The notes beneath the pieces were generated by a model. The model made no database searches and was not told the origin of the DNA. It saw only the letters and a list, made by a program, of their open reading frames with translations. A stretch of DNA of 55,946 bases from IMG/VR virus record IMGVR_UViG_3300050504_000274; one strand, 5' to 3'. Every line of letters begins with the position of its first letter. The stretch's first letter is position 1. The position numbers and the translations under genes were made by a program. Source of the stretch: a virus. Shown piece after piece: positions 34,343-40,565 of the stretch.

Positions 34343-34408
34343 GGCCCGAGGTGCGGGCGCACCTAAGTAGAGCTAGGACAGGAGCTTGCGCCGGTAGGCC
34401 CGAGGTGC
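34343..34408. repeat. 12-bp exact direct repeat ggcccgaggtgc (34343-34354, 34397-34408) overlapping a 7+2+7 palindrome aggtgcgggcgcacct (34349-34364)
   Basis: Read directly in the noncoding hub. Confidence 0.8.
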
Positions 34409-34447
34409 CCAGCCTTTCCTATGTCCCGCTATACACGTACCCTTATA

Positions 34448-34614
34448 CTACTTTCGGGATATCTCGAAAACAGTATAAGGGGTCGCGCACACGTTAGAGG
34501 GGGACCGTTTTGCAGGAGTCTCGATCCTAGGCCTCCGACTACTATCCGTTGTGGTCCTACTTTCGGGACCTCCGAGCCTAATGTTACGCATAGCGCAGAA
34601 TTCGGATATCTCGA
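34448..34614. repeat. Dispersed direct repeats in the noncoding hub
   Basis: ctactttcggga occurs at 34448 and 34557. ggatatctcga occurs at 34457 and 34604, inside an imperfect palindrome around GATATC. Both are exact matches read by eye. Further partial matches: aggggtc, gggac(c)(g)ttttgca. Confidence 0.75.
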
Positions 34615-34804
34615 TCTACGTACAGGGGTCCGTTCTACGGGACTTTTGCACCGTTCTTACCTAATTGGTCGTCCTAAGTCCATGCAGGAGGCCTACTTAG
34701 GCGTGTGTTGCATTAGTGGAATAATGTAAGTTTTCAGTCAAAACCCACCTAAATCGAATTGATTCTAGATCAAACCCCTAGATCGAGGGCTTGTCGCACC
34801 CTAA

Positions 34805-34842
34805 ATGCCATTATGGCAGGGCCTCGGCTGCCATAATGGCAG
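34805..34842. promoter_or_regulatory. Pair of operator-like palindromes ATGCCATTATGGCAG and CTGCCATAATGGCAG; together they form a 13-bp perfect inverted repeat
   Basis: gccattatggcag (34807-34819) and ctgccataatggc (28-40) are reverse complements separated by 8 nt. Each half is itself a CTGCC-N5-GGCAG-type palindrome. Centres are 23 bp apart. Confidence 0.55.
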
Positions 34843-34990
34843 GCCATTTGTTACGATGTCGTAACACATTGATGTGAGATCAATTCGAAGGCGAGGCCTC
34901 GGGCAGGCTCCTGGGAAATTGATCGCGCGCCAAACCCCTCCACGTGCGCGATTCCGGGCAGGGAGACTGCCCCTCCTCGCGTCGCGGGAC

Positions 34991-35078
34991 CCAGAATTTC
35001 GGGCTGGGAAATTCGGCCGGGAAAAATCTGGGCAGAAAATCCGGGCCTAGGAATTCGGCCGGAGGAATTCAGGCTAGG
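34991..35078. repeat. Six tandem degenerate ~14-bp units (GRAAWWTYC-GGSC), iteron/phased A-tract-like
   Basis: GAAWT cores start at 34994, 35008, 35021, 35035, 35051 and 35065, giving spacings of 14, 13, 14, 16 and 14. Confidence 0.7.
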
Positions 35079-35139
35079 AGAGCGGCGGCCGCACGCTCCG
35101 GCACACGTGCACGTTCCCGCACGGAATCCCGGAATCCGC

Positions 35140-35168
35140 TTGACCCTGCCGTTTTGGCAGCGTACGCT
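35140..35168 (+). promoter_or_regulatory. Rightward promoter TTGACC-N17-TACGCT with CTGCCGTTTTGGCAG filling the spacer
   Basis: -35 at 35140-35145, palindrome at 35146-35160, -10 at 35163-35168. The first possible start codon (TTG 35174) is 6 nt after the -10. Confidence 0.5.
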
Positions 35169-35173
35169 GGGGG

Positions 35174-36259
35174 TTGCGGCGCGCCCGAGCGCAGCACCCA
35201 ACGCGAGCACCCCCGGCCGTGGCCCAGAGGCACCAGGTAGACGTCGCGACCCCGGCGCTGGACCGCTTCCTGTCCGAGCCCGCGGCCCGCCAGCTCCTCG
35301 GCGACGAGCTGGGCCGGGTGCTGTCCGAGGCGTTCCTGCCGCCCGGCTACGAGGCCCAGTACCCGCGCCAGGAGGACCTCCGCTGGCGCGTCCTGGTCTG
35401 CTGGCGCCTCGCTCGCGGGATCGCGCTGGTGCTCGGCCTGTGCGCCGAGGACGAGCCGCTCGAGCGCGCCGCGGACGCCGAGGACTACGCCGAGAGCCCG
35501 TGGACCTTCCCGACCGCGCCGCGGCTCTCCCCGAGCCAGCAGCAGCTCGTCCGGCTCGGCGAGGCGACCGACATGCACCGGCTCGCCGCCGGGGGCGTGA
35601 CGCTGCTGCCGCCGGCCGACCCGGCCCTCGCCCGGGCCTGGTGCCCGGTCGCCGCGGTGCTCGCCGAGGAGCTGGGCGTCGCCGCCTCGGAGGGCGGGGC
35701 GGCCGGGCTGCGCGGCCTGCTCGACCCGAGGACCTGCGGCCACGCGGGCGTGACCCCGAAGATGGTGGTGGGCCTGGAGGAGCTGCTCGTCGACGAGGCG
35801 GCCCGGGCGATCCTGGAGTGCGGCGAGCGCGCGACGGTGGAGCACCTGCGCGGCCGCTACGGCCTGGCCCGCCGGGAGGCCGCGGCGCTGGTGCGCCTGG
35901 CGCGCGCCGACGCGATGCGCGGGGGCTCCTCCTCGGTTGAGGAGGACCGCGCCCTGATGGTGCTGATGCTGAAGGACCTCGCGGCCCGCACCAAGGAGGA
36001 GATGAACACCGACAAGGAGCTGCGCGTGCTGAAGGAGCTGGCCCGCGTGCAGGGCCTCACGCGCTCGGAGCCCGAGGACCTGGGGCGGCTCTTCGCCGGC
36101 GTGATCGCGGGGGTGGCCGAGCGGCAGGACCGCCGGCTGCTAGAGAGCCAGAGGAGGATCGTCGACGCGGACGCGGTGGACGTGACCCCCGAGCCCGCGG
36201 TAGACTCGGGGGACGAGGACCCGGCGGCCCTCGCGGAGTTCGACAGGGAGGAGACGTGA
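35174..36259 (+). CDS. Hypothetical protein, possible small terminase subunit (361 aa; start uncertain)
   Basis: First gene of the rightward block. The C-terminal KELRVLKELARVQGLTRSEPEDL resembles the ...ALELLGKHLGLF tail of some TerS families. The TTG start would be leaderless; GTG 35219 is an alternative. Confidence 0.6.
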   Translation: MRRARAQHPTRAPPAVAQRHQVDVATPALDRFLSEPAARQLLGDELGRVLSEAFLPPGYEAQYPRQEDLRWRVLVCWRLARGIALVLGLCAEDEPLERAADAEDYAESPWTFPTAPRLSPSQQQLVRLGEATDMHRLAAGGVTLLPPADPALARAWCPVAAVLAEELGVAASEGGAAGLRGLLDPRTCGHAGVTPKMVVGLEELLVDEAARAILECGERATVEHLRGRYGLARREAAALVRLARADAMRGGSSSVEEDRALMVLMLKDLAARTKEEMNTDKELRVLKELARVQGLTRSEPEDLGRLFAGVIAGVAERQDRRLLESQRRIVDADAVDVTPEPAVDSGDEDPAALAEFDREET

Positions 36260-36798
36260 TGCTGCGATGGGCGAGATCAGGCGGAAGACGTGAGAGCGCT
36301 GCGACCCGGAGGCGGCCCGTGAGGCGCGCCGCGCTGAGCGCGATCGGCTTCGCGCTCGACAGAGCGCTATGCGCGCTGCTCTTCTGGGGCGTCGTCCTGG
36401 CGAACCTGGAGGGCTGCGCGGCGGTGGGCCGCGGCCTGAAGTTCGTCGGTGAGAGGCTCATCCAGATCGGGGGAGGCGCCGTCGTCGGCTTCCTCGCCTG
36501 GGTCCTCTACCCGGTCGGCTGGGCCGGCGTCGCGCTCGCGACGTTCGTGGCGAGCGTGTTCTCCGCGCTCGCCGCCCCGCCGACCGTCGTGGACAAGAAC
36601 GGCCACGGAGGCCCAGACCGCCTGACGTGGGTGCTCGTCGGCGCGGGCGGCGCGCTGCTGCTCCGCGCGTGGGCGCACTACCCGGAGGTGTTCCGGCGCG
36701 CGTGGGCGCTCGTCCGCGGCGGCGCGAGGGCGTTCCTCGGCGGGGTCGAGCGGAGGCTGCCAGAGCTGCCGCCGGAGTCCAAGGAGGTCGGCAGGTGA
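36256..36798 (+). CDS. Multi-pass membrane protein (180 aa)
   Basis: At least four hydrophobic stretches (ALCALLFWGVVLANL, GGAVVGFLAWVLYPVGWAGVALATFVASVFSALA, LTWVLVGAGGALLL). The start overlaps the upstream stop. Confidence 0.7.
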   Translation: MMLRWARSGGRRESAATRRRPVRRAALSAIGFALDRALCALLFWGVVLANLEGCAAVGRGLKFVGERLIQIGGGAVVGFLAWVLYPVGWAGVALATFVASVFSALAAPPTVVDKNGHGGPDRLTWVLVGAGGALLLRAWAHYPEVFRRAWALVRGGARAFLGGVERRLPELPPESKEVGR

Positions 36799-36926
36799 GG
36801 CCCGACCAGCGAGGCTACTACGCGGCCGACGAGGACCCGCTCGACGAGCCCGAGGACCAGTCGGACGAGATGGACGACCCCCTGAGCTTCGTCTTCCCCG
36901 AGGACGAGCACGCGAACTACCAGTAG
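36795..36926 (+). CDS. 43-aa highly acidic peptide
   Basis: GTGA overlap. VRPDQRGYYAADEDPLDEPEDQSDEMDDPLSFVFPEDEHANYQ has 16 Asp/Glu in 43 aa. Confidence 0.5.
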   Translation: MRPDQRGYYAADEDPLDEPEDQSDEMDDPLSFVFPEDEHANYQ

Positions 36927-36960
36927 TCCCCCTTTTCGGCGGCTCCGCCGCCTCACCTCC

Positions 36961-37254
36961 ATGATCTCCTTCGACGACCTGACCGACCTCCCGCCCTGGG
37001 TCAAGACCGGCGCGACCCTCCTGCTCGGCGCAGGGGCCTCGAAGGTCCTCGCCGTGTGGCTCGAGAGCCGCCGGCTCGCGAAGAGGGAGTACCGCGACAC
37101 GCTGCTCCAGCGGATCCGCGAGCTGGAGACCAAGATCGACCGCATGTACCACGAGCTGGGGCAGCGCGACGTGCTGATCGAGCAGCTCAGGAACGACCTG
37201 GAGCAGTACAAGGAGCCCCGTGCTCAGTCTCGCCGCCCTCCGAGGAAGGCTTGA
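36961..37254 (+). CDS. N-terminal TM plus coiled-coil protein (97 aa)
   Basis: TGATLLLGAGASKVLAVWL, followed by the heptad-like REYRDTLLQRIRELETKIDRMYHELGQRDVLIEQLRNDLEQ. Confidence 0.7.
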   Translation: MISFDDLTDLPPWVKTGATLLLGAGASKVLAVWLESRRLAKREYRDTLLQRIRELETKIDRMYHELGQRDVLIEQLRNDLEQYKEPRAQSRRPPRKA

Positions 37255-37762
37255 GGTCTTGCGGGACCCCCTGAGCCTCTGCGACTCGCTCGAGCTGAGG
37301 CCCACGCCCCGGCAGCGCGAGGTCCTCGGGGTCCTCGCCACCAACCCGAGCTTCTACCAGGTCGTCGGGGACGCCCGGAACGAGATGTCCAGGGCCGCCG
37401 CGATGTACGCGCTGTGGCGCGTCCTCGCGAACCAGTCGTCCAGCGGGCTCGTCCTGGCCTCGACGCAGGACGAGGGGGCCAAGATCATGGCCTTCCTACA
37501 GCAGGTGACGACCAAGATCAACCCGCAGCTCGCCTCCGTGACCGGGTTCCCCTACTGGAACGTGCTCCGGGTCGGCGGGCAGCGCTCCTGGGAGATCCAC
37601 CTGCTCGAGAATCGCGCCCCGATCGTCGCCCAGAGGGCGCCGGGAGCGCTCCTGAGCGTCGTCGTGGGCGACAGGAGCAGCGATCCGGCGTTCCGGGAGG
37701 CCGTGACGGCCCTCGAGCAGCACTCGACGCACCCCAAGCACACCAGGATCGTCGTCTGGTGA
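37220..37762 (+). CDS. Hypothetical protein immediately upstream of terL; possibly a degenerate terminase-ATPase-like fold (start uncertain, alternative TTG 37259)
   Basis: LELRPTPRQREVLGVL...GDARNEMSRAAAMYALWRVL...LLSVVVGDRSSD loosely mirrors the TerL N-terminal layout but lacks a GK[ST] Walker A. Confidence 0.6.
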   Translation: MLSLAALRGRLEVLRDPLSLCDSLELRPTPRQREVLGVLATNPSFYQVVGDARNEMSRAAAMYALWRVLANQSSSGLVLASTQDEGAKIMAFLQQVTTKINPQLASVTGFPYWNVLRVGGQRSWEIHLLENRAPIVAQRAPGALLSVVVGDRSSDPAFREAVTALEQHSTHPKHTRIVVW

Positions 37763-37777
37763 CGATTTTCGGCTGAA

Positions 37778-39256
37778 ATGTCCACGTTCGCGAGGAAATT
37801 CACGCCCCTGTACGAGCGCTGGCGCTCCAGCATCCACGACTTCTTCGACACGGGCCTCAACTTCGGCAAGGAGGCGCCCGGGAGCGGCCCGACGTGGCAG
37901 CAGAGGCAGCTCCTAGACGTGATCCAGCTCGAGAGCGAGCTTCCGGTCGAGAAGAGGCTCAAGCGGGTGGCCGTCCGGAGCGGCCAGGGGCCGGGGAAGA
38001 CGTCCATGAGCGGCGGAGTCGCCCTCTGGCGCTGCCTCCGCTACCCGGACGCCCTCTGCGTGGTCACCGCGCCGAACATGCGGCAGTGCAAGCAGTTCAT
38101 CGACGAGATCGACCGCATCCTGAAGGGCGCGCACCCCTTCCTGCGCGGGTTCGTCGAGTGCTACGGCACGAAGGTCGTCGTCAACGGCTCGCGGACGTGG
38201 CAGATCCGCTCCGCGACGGCCTCGCGGCCGCAGAACCTCCAGGGGATCCACGAGAAGCGCCTGACGTTCATCGCCGACGAGGCCTCTGGCGTGGCCCGGT
38301 CGATCATGGAGACGATCCAGGGCACGCTGTCGAACCCGGACGCGCTCTTCCTGGCGATCGGGAACCCCAACACGACCGACTGCAAGTTCCACGAGTGCTT
38401 CACCACGCAGGCCGACCTGTGGCACCGGCTCGCGTGGAACGCCGAGGACACGGCGCGCGACTACCCGCACATCGTCTCGCCGAGCCGCAACCGCGCGCTC
38501 GAGCTGGAGTACGGCCGCGACAGCGACGTGTACCGCGTACGGGTCCTCGGGGAGTTCCCGCGCAGCGACCCGAACTCGATCATGGCGCTCGAGGACCTGA
38601 TCGCCTGTACCAAGACGACCATGTACGGGTGCGCGACGATCACGGACATCCTCCCGGTGAACAAGGCCATCGGCATCGACTACGCGCGCTACGGCGGCGA
38701 CGAGTCGGTCGTGGTCCGGCGCAGCGGGCTGGCCGTCGTGGACTTCAAGGTCTTCGTGAAGCGCGACCCGCGCGAGGTCACCGACTACGCCTTCCGCCAG
38801 CAGTACGACGCCGGCTGGAAGAACGACGACTGCTGGTACGTCCCCGACGCGGGCGGCATGGGCCAGGGCATCGTGCACTCGTTCTGGGAGGGCGGCAAGC
38901 AGGTGCACGAGTTCCACACGCAGGCCGTCGCGAGCGACAGCTCGATGTTCGCCGACGCCTACAGCGAGGCCTGGTGGAACCTGCGCAACCTCGTGCAGGA
39001 GCGCATCGTCCACCTCCCTAACGACCCGCGCCTGCTGAAGCAGCTCTCGACGCGGCAATACTACACCGACCGCAAGGGGCGCCTGAAGGTGGAGTCGAAG
39101 GACGAGTGGCGCGAGCGCACCGAGATCGACGAGTCGCCCGACCGCGCCGACGCGGTGGTGATGGCTTTCTATAGCCGGATGGGCCGCGACGGTAAGGTCG
39201 TCCAGATGCAGCAGAAGGCGTACAAGCTCGGGTCCCGGGCGAGGAGGAGCCGGTGA
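37778..39256 (+). CDS. terL: Terminase large subunit
   Basis: Walker A SGQGPGKTS, Walker B LTFIADEASG, and nuclease-domain acidic motifs IGIDYARYGGDES and SPDRADAVVMAF. Confidence 0.9.
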   Translation: MSTFARKFTPLYERWRSSIHDFFDTGLNFGKEAPGSGPTWQQRQLLDVIQLESELPVEKRLKRVAVRSGQGPGKTSMSGGVALWRCLRYPDALCVVTAPNMRQCKQFIDEIDRILKGAHPFLRGFVECYGTKVVVNGSRTWQIRSATASRPQNLQGIHEKRLTFIADEASGVARSIMETIQGTLSNPDALFLAIGNPNTTDCKFHECFTTQADLWHRLAWNAEDTARDYPHIVSPSRNRALELEYGRDSDVYRVRVLGEFPRSDPNSIMALEDLIACTKTTMYGCATITDILPVNKAIGIDYARYGGDESVVVRRSGLAVVDFKVFVKRDPREVTDYAFRQQYDAGWKNDDCWYVPDAGGMGQGIVHSFWEGGKQVHEFHTQAVASDSSMFADAYSEAWWNLRNLVQERIVHLPNDPRLLKQLSTRQYYTDRKGRLKVESKDEWRERTEIDESPDRADAVVMAFYSRMGRDGKVVQMQQKAYKLGSRARRSR

Positions 39257-39444
39257 AGTGCCCGTGCGGAGGGACGATCGGCGTGACGCACACGTACGCC
39301 GTCGACACGAAGAAGTTCCAGCGAGCCTACTGCCTGAAGTGCAAGCTCGTCTACTGTCTCGAGACCCTCATGCACCAGGTCGGTGCGCGGGGCTCGGGCG
39401 CGAAGGCCCGCGCGCAGCGGGCCGAGAAGGAGAAGGTCAGATGA
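39253..39444 (+). CDS. Zinc-ribbon protein (63 aa)
   Basis: GTGA overlap with the terL stop. KCPCGG...CLKCK, then a basic tail. Confidence 0.65.
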   Translation: MKCPCGGTIGVTHTYAVDTKKFQRAYCLKCKLVYCLETLMHQVGARGSGAKARAQRAEKEKVR

Positions 39445-39950
39445 AGAAGCTGATGATGTCCCTGGCGGCGCTGGCGCTGGTCGCGGCGGGCTGCCACACG
39501 ATGGACCGCTACCGCCCGACGCCCAGGCCCACCCCGGCCGAGAAGGCTATCGACCCGCGTCCGGACCTGCCCGGCAGGCCGGTCGAGGTGGGGAGCCCGC
39601 TGTTCGAGCTGGAGCGCGCCCTGCGCGCTCACTTCCCCACCGCTCACCCCTGGGTCCTCCGCTCGAGCCCGCTGAAGGACCCGTACCTCGGGCTGACGCA
39701 CCCGGACCCGAAGGCCGCGGCCGCCGGCGAGGACCCCTGGTCGCCGACGTCCTCGATCCTCACCGAGGTCCGCGACGACGTGGACCCCTGGATCCAGCGC
39801 GACATCCTGATCCACGAGTACGCGCACGTGCTAGCGTGGGACGCGCAGGAGAGCCCGCACGGCCCGGTCTGGGCCAGCCAGTTCGGCATCCTGTACAAGT
39901 ACACCAGGGGGGAGCCGATGATCCGGCTCTTCTTCCGCGGGGGACCGTGA
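39441..39950 (+). CDS. Lipoprotein with a SprT-like HExxH zinc-metallopeptidase motif (169 aa)
   Basis: MKKLMMSLAALALVAAGC (lipobox). ILIHEYAHVLAWDAQESPHGPVWASQFG fits the HExxH...HGxxW SprT-like pattern. ATGA overlap with the upstream stop. Confidence 0.75.
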   Translation: MKKLMMSLAALALVAAGCHTMDRYRPTPRPTPAEKAIDPRPDLPGRPVEVGSPLFELERALRAHFPTAHPWVLRSSPLKDPYLGLTHPDPKAAAAGEDPWSPTSSILTEVRDDVDPWIQRDILIHEYAHVLAWDAQESPHGPVWASQFGILYKYTRGEPMIRLFFRGGP

Positions 39951-40000
39951 AAGGTGCGAGCCCCGGAGGAGGAGGCTTTCCCCCGAGGCTCGCGGCAGAC

Positions 40001-40018
40001 GGCGCTCTGGAAAGCGCC
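40001..40018. terminator. Hairpin in the convergent gap between the rightward block and the tail operon
   Basis: ggcgct/agcgcc stem with a 6-nt loop. A second pair of 7-bp arms, gcgagcc/ggctcgc, lies at 39956-39993. Confidence 0.4.
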
Positions 40019-40026
40019 CCTTGCTC

Positions 40027-40557
40027 TCAGACGACGTACCAGGTCGTGCCGTCGCTGTACAGGCGGACGACCCCGTACTGCGTCGTGATCGTGACCGTGG
40101 TCGCCCCGTCGATCGTGTCGCTCCCGGCGCGGGAGATCGTCAGCGTGCCGGCGACGAGCGTCTTGAACGCGACCGAGCGGCCCTTGAAGGCGCTCGCCGC
40201 GGGCAGCGTGATCGTGTAGGGCAGCGTGCCGCTCGCGGTGACGAGCCAGGCCTGCTCCGACGTCGTGAGCGTCGCGGCGCCCGTCACGTTGCGCGAGACG
40301 CGGCGCTGGGCGTCGAACGGGTGCCAGTCGGTCCCGTCCGAGCGGTACAGCGTGTAGCCGTAGACGGAGTGGTTCACCCAGACCAGGCAGCGGTCGAAGC
40401 TGGCCGGCGGGAAGGTCGCCGCGAGGTTGGACTCGGTGAGCGACGCGCTCTCGTAGATCGGGAGCGGGCCGTTCGCGAGGACGTCGAAGTCGTCGTCGAT
40501 GCGGCCGTCCCATCCCTGGTTGCCGCTGTTGATCGGGGTCGTTGCCGGGCGTGCCAT
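40027..40557 (-). CDS. Putative tail fibre/receptor-binding accessory protein (176 aa)
   Basis: Last gene of the tail operon. NQGWDGRIDDDFDVL N-terminus and a beta-rich Thr/Ser/Gly C-terminus. Confidence 0.65.
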   Translation of the reverse strand: MARPATTPINSGNQGWDGRIDDDFDVLANGPLPIYESASLTESNLAATFPPASFDRCLVWVNHSVYGYTLYRSDGTDWHPFDAQRRVSRNVTGAATLTTSEQAWLVTASGTLPYTITLPAASAFKGRSVAFKTLVAGTLTISRAGSDTIDGATTVTITTQYGVVRLYSDGTTWYVV

Positions 40558-40565
40558 GATGCCTC

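Noticed and set aside
34301-35138. Apparent enrichment of GANTC (CcrM-type methylation) sites in the hub (gagtc, gaatc, gattc)
   Set aside because: About eight sites per kb against roughly four expected at the locally lower G+C (my rough estimate). This is too weak to claim without a proper count.
34172-35173. tRNA or other classical structured RNA gene in the noncoding hub
   Set aside because: I could not fold any cloverleaf and saw no GTTCRANYC T-loop box. A small regulatory RNA remains possible but is unsupported from sequence alone.
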